A stretch of DNA of 64,000 nucleotides from the NCBI GenBank assembly GCA_035550135.1, contig DASZQB010000120.1, forward strand, positions 8,785-72,784. Direction: 5' to 3'. Shown here piece after piece: positions 9,346 to 19,654 of this stretch; positions within the stretch are counted from its first letter, which is position 1; each line of letters opens with the position of its first letter. The position numbers were made by a program, and so were the translations under genes. The notes beneath the pieces were generated by a model, which saw nothing but the letters and a program-made list of their open reading frames with translations, was not told where the DNA came from and ran no database searches. The stretch is from Verrucomicrobiales bacterium (lineage in GTDB: Bacteria > Verrucomicrobiota > Verrucomicrobiia > Verrucomicrobiales > V1-33).

Positions 9346-10455
9346 ATGATCCGTCTGCTCCTGTTTCTTTTCCTGCTGTATTATTCTGCTGCACCTAACA
9401 CCTTCGCCGCAAACAACGCCCCGGTGTGGGCAGCGGAGAAGGTGGATGGCGATCCCCTGTTCTTCATTCAAAAGGAAGGGGAAAAGCCCGCGGCATTGCT
9501 GATGCGCGCTCCGTCGGAAGCGCCGGTGATCCGCAGTGCGACGCTGGAGGTCACCTATGAAGCCGGGAAGGATTACGAGTGGACGCCGGGTTCCCGAGAA
9601 GTGAGGCTTCCCGCGGGTTCCCGGATTCCATTCACCACGGCGGCAGCACTGCATCCGCCGCCGAAATCGCCGCACAGCTACAGTGCTTACCGCGACGGGA
9701 AGTCGTGGATGCTGTTTGGCGAGGGACGGTATTTCCATGACTTGCAGTGCGCCGCGGCTTATCCTTCGAAGGAGGAATGGAAGGGACCGCGGCCCGCGGC
9801 CGCGCCGGAAGGACAGTTGGTGCGCATTCGTGCGAAATTGAAGGCAGGGTCGCCGGTGAAACTCGTGACGCTGGGAGACAGCATTTCCACCGGTGCGAAT
9901 GCGTCAGGAAGTGCCGGGGCTCCGCCCATGCAGCCGGGCTATCACGGCCTGGTGGCACGCGGGCTGGAGGCGCGTTTCGGTTTAAAGGTTGCCGAAAAGA
10001 ACCTTTCAGTGGGCGGCATGGATTCGGCGTGGGGATTGAAGCAGGTGCCTGCGGTGCTGGCGGAGGCGCCGGACGTGGTGCTCCTCGCATTCGGCATGAA
10101 CGACGCCTCCGGGCGGCGGAAGACGGAGGACTTTGTCAAAATCATCAAGCAGACCATCGATCAGATTCAGGCGGCGCGCCCGGAGTGTGATGTGATCGTG
10201 ATTTCACCGATGACGGCCAATCCGGAATGGTCGCATGCGGCGCCGGAATTGTATCCCGCCTACGCGAAAGCGCTCGGCGCGCTTTCCGGTCCCGGGTGTG
10301 CGCTCGCGGATGTCACCAGCGTCTGGACCGCGGTCCTTGAAAAGAAGCCCTATCTTTGCCTGAGCGGCAATGGGCTGAATCATCCTAACGATTTTGGCCA
10401 TCGCCTTTATGCAGACGTGGTGCTGGCCGCGATCGGGGAGAAGAAAGACAAGTGA
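9346..10455 (+). CDS. SGNH/GDSL hydrolase
   Basis: Blocks TLGDSIS, NLSVGG, FGMND and NHPND; signal peptide from ATG 9346. Confidence 0.9.
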   Translation: MIRLLLFLFLLYYSAAPNTFAANNAPVWAAEKVDGDPLFFIQKEGEKPAALLMRAPSEAPVIRSATLEVTYEAGKDYEWTPGSREVRLPAGSRIPFTTAAALHPPPKSPHSYSAYRDGKSWMLFGEGRYFHDLQCAAAYPSKEEWKGPRPAAAPEGQLVRIRAKLKAGSPVKLVTLGDSISTGANASGSAGAPPMQPGYHGLVARGLEARFGLKVAEKNLSVGGMDSAWGLKQVPAVLAEAPDVVLLAFGMNDASGRRKTEDFVKIIKQTIDQIQAARPECDVIVISPMTANPEWSHAAPELYPAYAKALGALSGPGCALADVTSVWTAVLEKKPYLCLSGNGLNHPNDFGHRLYADVVLAAIGEKKDK

Positions 10456-10466
10456 CGGGTTCCGCG

Positions 10467-11162
10467 TTACTGCGGAGGCGGGGGCGGCACAGCGGCTGTC
10501 TTGCTGGGCGGCGTTTGTTCCTGCGTCGCGGCGTTGGGCGCGGCGGGAGCGGCCGGTGACGGTGACGCGGAAGGCTTGCCGGCGGACATACCGGGCGCGT
10601 TCTTATTCCTAACGTGAGCGCCTGGACCTTTCGGATCGGTCGCATCCTGCTGGATGCGATTGAGGGCCGACTGGAAGTTTTCGATGGCCGGCGTCAGAAC
10701 GTTTTTCGCTTCGTCATTTCCTGCCAGGGCCTTCACGGCCGTGCGGGTTTGTTCCGCGACGCGGCGTGAGGCAACCTCCAAATCAGGATTCTGGGCCAGT
10801 TTGATCGCGACGTCGGGCGCGGGTTTCCCCAGTTTAACCAACTCTTCGCCGGCGATGATGGCGTCTTTGGTGATAGTCTCGATTTGATTGACCGCCATGC
10901 CGGCCGCTGTGGCATCGGTGGCGCTGGAAAGAGTTTCGGCGTAGCGGCTCAATACCTTGAGCAGTTTCAGATTCGCTGAAAGGTGCTGATCGTACTTGGA
11001 CTGAGCCGCGGGCGCCTTGGCCGCCGCCTTTCCCGTGCCGGAATTCTTCGCTTTGGACGGCTTTTTCTCCTGTGCTCCCGCTGGACCAGGACTGCCCAGG
11101 GTGATAGCCATCACGGCAGGGGCAAGGGCCAGGCTCAGAAGAGAAACACAAGGATATTTCAT
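10467..11162 (-). CDS. Secreted hypothetical protein
   Basis: Signal peptide MKYPCVSLLSLALAPAVMA; helical core; Pro/Ala-rich tail. Confidence 0.75.
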   Translation of the reverse strand: MKYPCVSLLSLALAPAVMAITLGSPGPAGAQEKKPSKAKNSGTGKAAAKAPAAQSKYDQHLSANLKLLKVLSRYAETLSSATDATAAGMAVNQIETITKDAIIAGEELVKLGKPAPDVAIKLAQNPDLEVASRRVAEQTRTAVKALAGNDEAKNVLTPAIENFQSALNRIQQDATDPKGPGAHVRNKNAPGMSAGKPSASPSPAAPAAPNAATQEQTPPSKTAAVPPPPPQ

Positions 11163-11173
11163 AAACTCTAAAA

Positions 11174-11977
11174 TTACACCGTATTTAATATCCTCAAGTC
11201 CAAATTGTTATCCCCCAGAAAATCCTCCATGTCGGGGGGAAGGGGGGCGATCCACTCGTGGCGGACCCCCTCGTCGCTGGTCACGCAGAGACGGCAGGAA
11301 TGCAGTGCCTGCCGCCGCATCAGCAGGGCGTTGGCGGCTTCATTCGTCCAGCCATGATGGATTTGGCGCACGTACCATTCCGGGGAAGGTCCATAGAGTT
11401 TATCACCCACGACCGGAAATCCGGCGTGGGCCAGATGGACCCGGATTTGGTGCATGCGTCCGGTAAGGGGATGTGCAGCGATGAGGGAGAAGCGGGACCC
11501 GTTGGATGTTTCCTTTCCGAATCTCCGGAGCACACGAAACTCCGTGCAGGAAGCCGCGCCGGAGGGATGCACCTGGTGGAAGTTGTAGATCTCGGAGGGC
11601 TCGATGTCGTGCCGCCGGATAATCGGCTGGTCCACCGTGAACGCATCCTCCTCCGGCCAGCCCCACACGATGGCCCGGTATTCCTTGTCCACCTCGCGCC
11701 GCATCATGGCTTTGTGCAGCATGCGCGCGGCGGCCTTTTGTTTGGCAACGAGGACGATGCCGCTCGTATCGCGATCGAGCCGATTGATGATCGAGAGGGC
11801 TGCGCCGTTTTCGATTTCGTAACGCAAGAGTTCCCGGAGCCCGTGCCAGAGCGTCGGCCCTCCATCCGGACGCGACGGATGGACCTGCAACGGCGCGGGT
11901 TTGTTGACGACAATCCAGTCTTCCGTCTCGTCGATGACGGTGAAGTCGCAGGTGTCGATGAACGGATGTTTGCTCAA
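11174..11977 (-). CDS. RluA-family pseudouridine synthase
   Basis: VVNKPAPLQVHP, INRLDRDTSG, TGRMHQIRVHL, VGDKLYG, QALHS. Confidence 0.92.
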   Translation of the reverse strand: MSKHPFIDTCDFTVIDETEDWIVVNKPAPLQVHPSRPDGGPTLWHGLRELLRYEIENGAALSIINRLDRDTSGIVLVAKQKAAARMLHKAMMRREVDKEYRAIVWGWPEEDAFTVDQPIIRRHDIEPSEIYNFHQVHPSGAASCTEFRVLRRFGKETSNGSRFSLIAAHPLTGRMHQIRVHLAHAGFPVVGDKLYGPSPEWYVRQIHHGWTNEAANALLMRRQALHSCRLCVTSDEGVRHEWIAPLPPDMEDFLGDNNLDLRILNTV

Positions 11978-11984
11978 AAAAACG

Positions 11985-13592
11985 CTAAGACTCCGGGCCC
12001 GCGGCGGGTTTGGCCTGACCCTGCAACTGCTTGCGCAGTTTTTCCACCTCCGTCTTGATCACATCCCGGTCCGACATGGCGGCGGCGGCTTCCTTCACGG
12101 CGGCGGCTTTCGCTTCCTCCAGTTTGGCGATCGTTTCCTTGGCCTTGCTCAATTCTTCACCCGCGGCGCGTTTGGCTTTGCTGGCCTCTTCGGTCAGACT
12201 GGTCACATTTGTCTGCAGGGCGGACTCTTTGGTCGCAAACTCCTTCTTCGCGTCCGTCAGCGCTTTGTTGGCTTTGTCGAGCGAGGCGGTGGTTTCGGTG
12301 ACTTTCGTCTCCGCCTTTTTGCGTCCCTCCTCGGAAGCCGTTAGGGTTGTTTTCAGTTTGGCAATTTCCCCGTTCATGTCCGCCTGTTTTGCCGTGAGTT
12401 CGCTGGCGGCTTTGGCAGCTTTGTCAGAGGCATCTGCAACGGAGGCCTTCGCGGAGGTCAGGTCGGCGGCGGACTTATCTTTCAGGGCGGCGTAGTCGGT
12501 CTCAGCCTTCTCGCGCTGTTTCTTTTCGTTCAGGAAGGCAATCCCAATGATCGCGGCGATGGCAATACCCGCCGCGGCCGGCAGCCACCGGGAGCCCTGT
12601 TTGCGCCCGGCTTGATGCAGGGAAACCGTGTCAGAAGCGGCAGCGGACGGATTCCGCATAGTGATGCGGTCCACGCGGCCTGGCTGCGCCCAAAGAGTGA
12701 AGCCCTGCGCGGGCAGGCGCAGCCGCACTTTCGCCGTGACGGCGGCACTCCGCACCGGCGCGGTGAGAGAGTCCGGAGTGGTCCAGAGTGTAAAGCTGCG
12801 GTTGGCGGGGATTTGGATAGGGGTATTCATGAGTGGCGCGGAATCGGGGACGGAAGAGAGAAGAACAGGCTGGGGTTCGACCGCTGCCTGGGGAGGTTCG
12901 GGAATGGTTAGGGGAGCGGATGCTTCGACGATTTCAGCCACTTCGACAGTCGTGGAAACCGGAGCGGCGGGCGTCACCGGCCAGGTGCTTTCGTCGAGCC
13001 ACAGCGTGGTGCCGAGCGCGGGCAATTGAAGAAGAGGCGGAGCCTGGACAGGTTCCGGGATCACAACCGGTTCCGGAACTTCCACCGGCTCCGGCGGAGT
13101 CGCCGGCACCGTTGGCCAGGTGCTCTCATCCAGCCAGAGCGTCGTGCCCAACGCAGGAAGTTTGAGCAGCACAGGCGCAGGAACCGGCTCTGGAATTACC
13201 GCCGGCTCCGGAGCCGCCACCGGCGCGGTTTCCGCCGCCGCTTCCTCTTTCACAAACGCCGGCCAGGCCTCCTCATCCAGCCAGAGCGTCCGGCCCTGGG
13301 CGGGAAGCTTGAGCTTCGGTTTCGGCCAACTGTCCGGACAAAGCCAGAGCGTCATTCCGTTCCCCGGCAGTTTCAGCGGAGGTTTGGGCCACTTGTCAGG
13401 ATCAAGCCAGAGGGTGAAAGCAGCATTCGGCAGCAACAGAGCGGATTTTGGCCACGCGTCCGGAGAAAGCCAGAGAGTGAAAGGTTGGGCAGGCAGCGGC
13501 ATGGTATCGACGAAAGCACGCGCTGTACCCTCCCATGCCGTTAGTGCAAGGCCAGGAAGCGACGAGGGTGAAGTGGCGACGGTCAGTTCCAT
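11985..13592 (-). CDS. Membrane protein with TLWL repeats, one TM segment and a C-terminal coiled coil
   Basis: About eight LPxxxxTLW repeats, TM WLPAAAGIAIAAIIGIAFL, long Ala/Lys/Glu heptad region; start chosen at ATG 13592 to avoid overlap with ferritin. Confidence 0.75.
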   Translation of the reverse strand: MELTVATSPSSLPGLALTAWEGTARAFVDTMPLPAQPFTLWLSPDAWPKSALLLPNAAFTLWLDPDKWPKPPLKLPGNGMTLWLCPDSWPKPKLKLPAQGRTLWLDEEAWPAFVKEEAAAETAPVAAPEPAVIPEPVPAPVLLKLPALGTTLWLDESTWPTVPATPPEPVEVPEPVVIPEPVQAPPLLQLPALGTTLWLDESTWPVTPAAPVSTTVEVAEIVEASAPLTIPEPPQAAVEPQPVLLSSVPDSAPLMNTPIQIPANRSFTLWTTPDSLTAPVRSAAVTAKVRLRLPAQGFTLWAQPGRVDRITMRNPSAAASDTVSLHQAGRKQGSRWLPAAAGIAIAAIIGIAFLNEKKQREKAETDYAALKDKSAADLTSAKASVADASDKAAKAASELTAKQADMNGEIAKLKTTLTASEEGRKKAETKVTETTASLDKANKALTDAKKEFATKESALQTNVTSLTEEASKAKRAAGEELSKAKETIAKLEEAKAAAVKEAAAAMSDRDVIKTEVEKLRKQLQGQAKPAAGPES

Positions 13593-13717
13593 GCGGAGCC
13601 GCCAGCGTATCGGCTGAAGCCCTGCTGGCAATGCCGTAATACGCGGCGCTGCGGCCGGTTTCTCCGGTGAATCATTGCTTTTCGCCGCGCCAAATCCATG
13701 GAATGCTCGCGGCTCCC

Positions 13718-14227
13718 ATGACTCTCCCACCGGTTCTCGAAAAGGCGCTCAACGATCAGATCAATCTCGAATTCCAGTCGGCCTACGCGTATCTCGGCAT
13801 GGCCGCATGGTTTGAGCACACCGCCTTCAGCGGCTTCGCGCAATGGATGAAACTCCAGGGCAACGAAGAGCTGAGCCACGCGAACAAATTCTTCACCTAC
13901 GTCGTGGACCGCGGCGGAAGAGTGACGCTTCAGGCGCTGCCTCAGCCGAAATGCGAATACGCCACCGCGCTGGAGGCATTCCAGACGAGCCTGGAACACG
14001 AGCAGCGCGTCTCCGCCTCCATCTGCGCTCTCTATGAACTGGCCACTTCGGAAAAGGACTATGCCACGCTTTCGTTTTTGAAATGGTTTCTCGACGAACA
14101 GGTGGAGGAGGAAAAAACCGTCACGGACATGATCGTGAAACTCGAGTTTGTAGGCGAAAACCGGAACGGACTCTATCAAATCGACAAGCTCGCCGCCAAA
14201 CGCGCTCTCCAGGACACGGGCGCCTAA
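13718..14227 (+). CDS. ftnA: Non-heme ferritin
   Basis: ALNDQINLEFQSAYAYLGMAAW, EELSHA, HEQRVS, FLKWFLDEQVEEE ferroxidase motifs. Confidence 0.92.
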   Translation: MTLPPVLEKALNDQINLEFQSAYAYLGMAAWFEHTAFSGFAQWMKLQGNEELSHANKFFTYVVDRGGRVTLQALPQPKCEYATALEAFQTSLEHEQRVSASICALYELATSEKDYATLSFLKWFLDEQVEEEKTVTDMIVKLEFVGENRNGLYQIDKLAAKRALQDTGA

Positions 14228-14255
14228 CCATTCATTGAGCCCCGCGCGCTGCGCC

Positions 14256-15467
14256 ATGATTCTACGGTCCCTCGTTCTTGCGCTGGTTCTGGCCTGCAGT
14301 CCTGCATCCGCAGACGACTGGCCCGAAATCCTCGGACCAAAGCGCCGCGGCATTTCGCAGGAAACCGGCTGGAATATCGACTGGAATGCCAAAGAGCCGC
14401 CCGTGCGATGGAAGGTCGAGCTGGGAAAAGGCGCGTCTTCCTGTGCCATCGCCGGCGGCAGAGTTTATACCATGGGCAGCGACAGGGCAGGGGACACCGA
14501 GTCCGTCATTTGCCTCGATGCCGCGACGGGAAAGGAAATCTGGCGAAAAACTTATGACTGTGAAGCCGACGCCTCCTCATGGACCGGCGGACCCGCGGCC
14601 ACTCCGGTGATCGATGGAGACCGCGTCTATACACTTAGTTTTCGCGGTCAGCTTTATTGCTGGAATACCAGGGATGGAGAAAAGCGCTGGGAACTGCACC
14701 TTGAGACTGCATTCAAAGGCATCATGCCGCGCTGGGGCTGGGCGGGCAGCCCGCTCGTGGTGGGAAATATGCTCGTCATCGAGCCCGGCGGAAACGGCAG
14801 CAGCCGTGCCGCGGTGGACAAGCTCACGGGCAAAGTCTTCTGGCAGAGCGGCACCGATCCCGCCGCCTACGCCAGCCCCGTCATCTTCAGCGGCCCTGCC
14901 ATGCGCGGCGTGGCGCTGTTCAATGCGAGCGGCCTGGTGGGCATCAATCCCCGCGATGGCACCGAACTTTTCCGCCACGAATGGAAAACCCGCTTTGACG
15001 TGAATGCCGCCATTCCCGTGCATCGCGATGGCCGGTTCTTCATCGGCTCCGGCTACGGCTCAGGCGTCGCCATGTTCGATCTCAAAGCCGGCCGCATTTG
15101 GGAGAATAACAAAATCATGCTCCAGTTCCAAAGCCCCGTGCTTTTTGGAGATCATCTCTACATGGTCGGCGGCGAAGCCAACAGTGCCGCCACTCTGCAA
15201 TGCATCGACTGGATCACCGGCAAAGTCGCGTGGACCCAGCCCGCCGGAAAAGAGCGCGGCCATCTCATCATCGCCGGTGGAAAACTCATCGTCGCCACCC
15301 AGCCCGGCGAAGTCATCCTCGCCGACGCCAGCCCCGCCGCCTACAAGGAACTCGGCCGCATCCAGGCCCTTCCCGCCGAGATTTATGCCGCCCCCGCCTT
15401 CAGCGAGCGAAACCTCTACGTGCGCAATAATAAAGGTACGCTGGTATGCCTGGATTTGAGTCCCTGA
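14256..15467 (+). CDS. PQQ-binding-like beta-propeller protein (BamB-like repeats)
   Basis: Signal peptide, DWPEILGPKRRGIS start, repeated CLDAATGKEIW / ASPVI blades. Confidence 0.88.
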   Translation: MILRSLVLALVLACSPASADDWPEILGPKRRGISQETGWNIDWNAKEPPVRWKVELGKGASSCAIAGGRVYTMGSDRAGDTESVICLDAATGKEIWRKTYDCEADASSWTGGPAATPVIDGDRVYTLSFRGQLYCWNTRDGEKRWELHLETAFKGIMPRWGWAGSPLVVGNMLVIEPGGNGSSRAAVDKLTGKVFWQSGTDPAAYASPVIFSGPAMRGVALFNASGLVGINPRDGTELFRHEWKTRFDVNAAIPVHRDGRFFIGSGYGSGVAMFDLKAGRIWENNKIMLQFQSPVLFGDHLYMVGGEANSAATLQCIDWITGKVAWTQPAGKERGHLIIAGGKLIVATQPGEVILADASPAAYKELGRIQALPAEIYAAPAFSERNLYVRNNKGTLVCLDLSP

Positions 15468-15614
15468 CGGAAGCCCGCGTCAAAGGCCATTGCAAAAACC
15501 ACGGCTTCCTAACGTTTCCTGACAAAGTCTGCTTTGTTATCAGTTTTTCCCGGCGCGCGTTCCGACCCGTCCGACAAACCCCAAGCCTCCAGCCCCGCAA
15601 TTCACACACCCATT

Positions 15615-16868
15615 TCACTGTTTCCCCGGATTCTCATACCAAATAACTCCGAGATTCTTCACTTCCTCCGTGGTGATCACATCCAGATCGCCGTCCGCAT
15701 CCAGATCCATCAGCTCCACAAGGTCATGCTTCACGCCGTCCACGCCGCTGACCGGATGCGCCGTCCATTTTCCTCCATCGAATCCGCCATCGCACGACAG
15801 CCACATGACGCCGTGGCGCGGGGCGGTCGCTCCCTCGCAACTGAACACCAGATCCAGCTTTCCGTTCCCGTCCATGTCGCCTGCGGTCACCGCTTTCGCG
15901 CCGCCCGTGGGCTCCGGCAGGGGAATGCGGTGCGCCGCCCACGCGCGTCCCGTGCGATCGAGCCGGCGCAGCCACTGAATCTCCTTTGGCCGCGCCGCCA
16001 GCAAAACATCCTCCAGTCCGTCGCGGTCGAGATCTGTTAGGTGAAGGAACATCGCTTCCAGCCCCGCCCCGCCAATGGCATGTTCGCGCCACGTCTGCGC
16101 AGGCCCGGTTCCAGGCGTCGCACCGGGATTCTCCAGCCAGCCGGCGCCGCGGTGCTCGCCTTTGCGATCGGAAAACACAATGTCCGCATCACCGTCGCCA
16201 TCCATGTCCGAAGCCACCAGCGACATCACCCAGCCCGCCGGACGCAGCGCGTGCCATTTCCAATCCGCCAGCTTCCGCGCATCAGCCGCCGGCTCGAACC
16301 AGCCGATCGCCGCATTCCGCCCCTTCCCGCCGGCCACGAGAGCCTGCTTTCCATCGATGCGCATGGGCAGCGCAAACATCCACATCATCGCGCCCGCAGA
16401 CGCCGGCAGCAACTCCGTGCGCCACGCCGTGGCGTCCATATAACGTTCGCGCTCCTTCGGCGCCCAGTGGATCGAAATCCGGCGTGTGTCCCCCTCCGCG
16501 CAACTCACCACATCGGTGGCCCCGTCTCCATCCACGTCCGCAAACACCGCATCCTCCACATCCGCCACGCTCCCGACCGCCACCGCAGCCCACGCCCCGC
16601 GCACCTTCTCCGGCCCCGGATTCAAACAAATCCGCACCGCGCCCCCCTGCTCCCACCCCGTCGCAATATCCATTAGCCCATCCCCATTCACATCCGCCAG
16701 CCTTACCCCATCCGCACCCTTCGATGAACCGTCAATCACGTGCCGCTTCCACGCCCCGCCCGCCGGAGACGGCGGTTCCGTCGCGCAGGCAGTCCCAAAT
16801 AGCGCGCAAGAGCGCAGGAGTGCGGCGACACCAATGAGGGTCCGGACGGGCTGCATGGACATCGACAT
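15615..16868 (-). CDS. FG-GAP/VCBS repeat protein
   Basis: Multiple DxxGDGxxD motifs (ADVNGDGLMDI, DMDGDGDADI, DLDADGDLDV); start uncertain (16868 or 16856). Confidence 0.85.
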   Translation of the reverse strand: MSMSMQPVRTLIGVAALLRSCALFGTACATEPPSPAGGAWKRHVIDGSSKGADGVRLADVNGDGLMDIATGWEQGGAVRICLNPGPEKVRGAWAAVAVGSVADVEDAVFADVDGDGATDVVSCAEGDTRRISIHWAPKERERYMDATAWRTELLPASAGAMMWMFALPMRIDGKQALVAGGKGRNAAIGWFEPAADARKLADWKWHALRPAGWVMSLVASDMDGDGDADIVFSDRKGEHRGAGWLENPGATPGTGPAQTWREHAIGGAGLEAMFLHLTDLDRDGLEDVLLAARPKEIQWLRRLDRTGRAWAAHRIPLPEPTGGAKAVTAGDMDGNGKLDLVFSCEGATAPRHGVMWLSCDGGFDGGKWTAHPVSGVDGVKHDLVELMDLDADGDLDVITTEEVKNLGVIWYENPGKQ

Positions 16869-17178
16869 GCGCACAGCGTAAACGCAGCTTTGGAGCACAT
16901 GCAAAAGCAAGGAATGGCATGCCTGGGAAGCAATAAAGCAAATCCACGGAAGAGAGGACAGACCTGAATGGCGCTACCGTAAGGTAACGCAGTTATGCGA
17001 CGAAAGGGCGGGCCGTGAGGCCCGGGAGAAATTAGATACGGTGGTGAGCGACTAAAGGGTGACGGCCCGCTGAAGGCTGCCCGAGGTGTTGAGCGAAGCG
17101 AGGAAACCGGGGAACGAGCGGGAACACTGGAACCAACGCCGCAAAAACCGCGCACCGGCAGTGCACAATGGCCTGTCG

Positions 17179-18105
17179 CTATTGGGGCTCCTGCCCGCGT
17201 GTATTGCCCTTTTCCTGACGCCGCACCTCTGCGAGCAGCATTTGCGCAAATTTTTCGGCCAGCGGGTTGGGACGCGAGGCGGACAAGCCAATCGTCACGG
17301 GAACGCCGGGAAGCAGGGGAGTAAAAGATCTGGCTGTGAGAGTTCGCGGCATGATGCAGATCGTTCCTTCGGTAAGAATGGCCGCGGCATGGCGTGCCTC
17401 GAGTTCGGTGAAGAGTGTTGAGATGCCGTCGTTGACGAGCGAAACGAAGCGCGGCGAAATACCAAATGGTTTGAGCATCCCGCGCACATGCGGCACGTAT
17501 TCGGGATAGTTGCCCTTCGCCAGACCGATGAGGGGAAGATCACGCAGTCGTTCCGGTGGAATTCGTTTCAGCTTTGCCAGTGGATGAGTTTCCGGCATGA
17601 TCAGAACGATCTCCAGGCGGCGCAGCTCAGTCCAGTGAAACTCCGGAAGTCTCTTCGTGATGGAAATGCCAGGACAGATAACGAGATCGAGCCGCCCTTC
17701 ATGAGCCATCTCAGTGATTTCCTTTGAGGAGAGGTCGGTCAATTCGATGTGCACGCGCGGAGAGACCGCCTGGAATTTCTCCAGTGCGCCGGACAGGATG
17801 CCGGCGGTCATCGAGGGGGCATATCCCACACGCAGAGTTCCGCTTCGCGCTTCGCCGCGCACGCGTCGAACAGCCTCGTCCGCACGGGCAAGCACTTCGC
17901 GGGCTTCCTCATAGAACAGATCACCCGCCACGGTGAGTTCCACCGCGTTCTGGCCGCGCACGACAAGGGGCAATCCCAGTTCGTCTTCAAGATCCTTCAC
18001 CTGCCGGCTGAGCGTTGGCTGGGTGAGGTGCAAACTCTCCGCCGCACGATTGAAGGATCCGTGGGCTGCAACAGCGACGAAATAGCGTAGATGGCGAAGT
18101 TCCAT
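17179..18105 (-). CDS. LysR-family transcriptional regulator
   Basis: [40 protein letters not shown]. Confidence 0.95.
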   Translation of the reverse strand: MELRHLRYFVAVAAHGSFNRAAESLHLTQPTLSRQVKDLEDELGLPLVVRGQNAVELTVAGDLFYEEAREVLARADEAVRRVRGEARSGTLRVGYAPSMTAGILSGALEKFQAVSPRVHIELTDLSSKEITEMAHEGRLDLVICPGISITKRLPEFHWTELRRLEIVLIMPETHPLAKLKRIPPERLRDLPLIGLAKGNYPEYVPHVRGMLKPFGISPRFVSLVNDGISTLFTELEARHAAAILTEGTICIMPRTLTARSFTPLLPGVPVTIGLSASRPNPLAEKFAQMLLAEVRRQEKGNTRGQEPQ

Positions 18106-18120
18106 GGGGGGACTGTGGCC

Positions 18121-18135
18121 CATACCGAAAGTATG
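18121..18135. promoter_or_regulatory. Possible LysR operator (inverted repeat)
   Basis: CATAC-CGAAA-GTATG in the divergent lysR/azoR intergenic region; spacing is not the canonical T-N11-A. Confidence 0.35.
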
Positions 18136-18276
18136 AGCGAGCCCAAAAACAAAGCATTGGTCGCTTTTCTGCATTCAAATTATTCTGCGGCCCGGTTGTC
18201 ACAGTCTCTGCAGCCGGACAGGCGATTGCCATCAAATCTACACATAAACACCAACCGGCAATCGCACCATCCCGCT

Positions 18277-18870
18277 ATGAAACTCCTCCACGTTGATTCC
18301 AGTATTCTCGGCCCCTCTTCTGTCAGCCGGGTCCTCAGCAGTGAGATTGTCAAAGTTCAGCGGCAACTCCATCCGGGCCTGGAAGTTGTTTACCGCGATC
18401 TTGCTTCCGATCCGTTGCAGCATCTTTCAGGAAATCATCTCGCCGCCGCTCAGGGAGCAGCGCCGGTTCCGGGACTCGATATTGAGGCGGGCGGCGCAGC
18501 GCTGTCGGAGTTCCTCTCCGCCGATATCGTGGTTATTGGCGCACCAATGTATAATTTCGCCGTGCCGAGCCAGCTTAAGGCCTGGATTGACCGCCTGGCA
18601 GTGGCTGGCAAGACCTTTCGCTATACCGACAAAGGTCCGGAGGGGCTGGCCGGCGGCAGGAAAGTATTCGTGGCTTCGTCACGAGGCGGGGCCTACTCCG
18701 AATCAGCATTCGCCTTCCTCGATCATCAGGAAGCCTATCTGCAGGCGATTTTGGGTTTCTTTGGCATCTCCGACATTACGTTTGTCCGGGCTGAGAACCT
18801 CGCCCGCGGCGACATCCGCGACAACTCCATCAAAGAGGCCCGCGCGCAAATCGCGGCGTTGTCCGCCTGA
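18277..18870 (+). CDS. azoR: FMN-dependent NADH:quinone oxidoreductase / azoreductase
   Basis: [35 protein letters not shown]...GKTFRYT, SSRGGAY. Confidence 0.93.
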   Translation: MKLLHVDSSILGPSSVSRVLSSEIVKVQRQLHPGLEVVYRDLASDPLQHLSGNHLAAAQGAAPVPGLDIEAGGAALSEFLSADIVVIGAPMYNFAVPSQLKAWIDRLAVAGKTFRYTDKGPEGLAGGRKVFVASSRGGAYSESAFAFLDHQEAYLQAILGFFGISDITFVRAENLARGDIRDNSIKEARAQIAALSA

Positions 18871-18911
18871 CCGCACTTTAACCTGCCAAACAATATAATA
18901 AAAATCCTAAT

Positions 18912-19571
18912 ATGAACATAAACAATACCAAAACCGGACTCGATGCCCTGCTTCGCCCGGAAGACAGCATCCTCGTGCTGATCGATCATCAGCCCTATCA
19001 GTTCGCCAATCTGAACAGCCATGAGCCAACGATGATCGTCAATAACGTCGTGGGGCTTGCCCGGACGGCCAAAGTCTTCGGCGTTCCGACGATCCTCACC
19101 ACGGTGATTGAGGAGCGCGGCGGCTATCTGATCAAGGCGCTTCAGGATGTCTTCCCGGGGCAGAAGCCGATCGACCGGACGTTCATCAACACCTGGCAGG
19201 ATGAGCGTGTCGTTGAGGCCGTCAGGAAGACCGGCCGCAAGCAACTCGTGCTCGCCGCCCTCTGGACTGAGATCTGCCTGGCCATGCCGGCGATCCAGGC
19301 GCTCGCCGACGGCTACGACGTCTTCATTGTCACGGATGCCTCGGGCGGCGTCTCAGCGGAAGCCCATGATATGGCGGTGCGGCGGATGACCGCTGCCGGG
19401 GCGGTCCCGATTACCTGGCTTGCCGTCGCGGCCGAATGGCAGCGCGACTGGGCACGCGAGCAGACAGCCGCTGGCCTCGCGGGTGTCCTTGCTGAGCATG
19501 GGGGCGGCAGCGGCGTTGCCTTCGCCTGGGAACTGCAACTTCTTGCCAGTGCTCACAAGCAGCCGAAATAG
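18912..19571 (+). CDS. Isochorismatase-like hydrolase (YcaC-related)
   Basis: LIDHQPYQ, DRTFINTWQD, ALWTEICL, DASGG. Confidence 0.9.
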   Translation: MNINNTKTGLDALLRPEDSILVLIDHQPYQFANLNSHEPTMIVNNVVGLARTAKVFGVPTILTTVIEERGGYLIKALQDVFPGQKPIDRTFINTWQDERVVEAVRKTGRKQLVLAALWTEICLAMPAIQALADGYDVFIVTDASGGVSAEAHDMAVRRMTAAGAVPITWLAVAAEWQRDWAREQTAAGLAGVLAEHGGGSGVAFAWELQLLASAHKQPK

Positions 19572-19654
19572 AAGATAGCGAGCGCAGCCCAATCAAGACC
19601 CGTCAACTATGATGGACAGGCAGGCGAAACTGTTGGCTTCGACGGCGTGGCTAA

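Noticed and set aside
17031..17039. 16S rRNA-like ATTAGATAC
   Set aside because: Only 9 nt, with no flanking rRNA similarity
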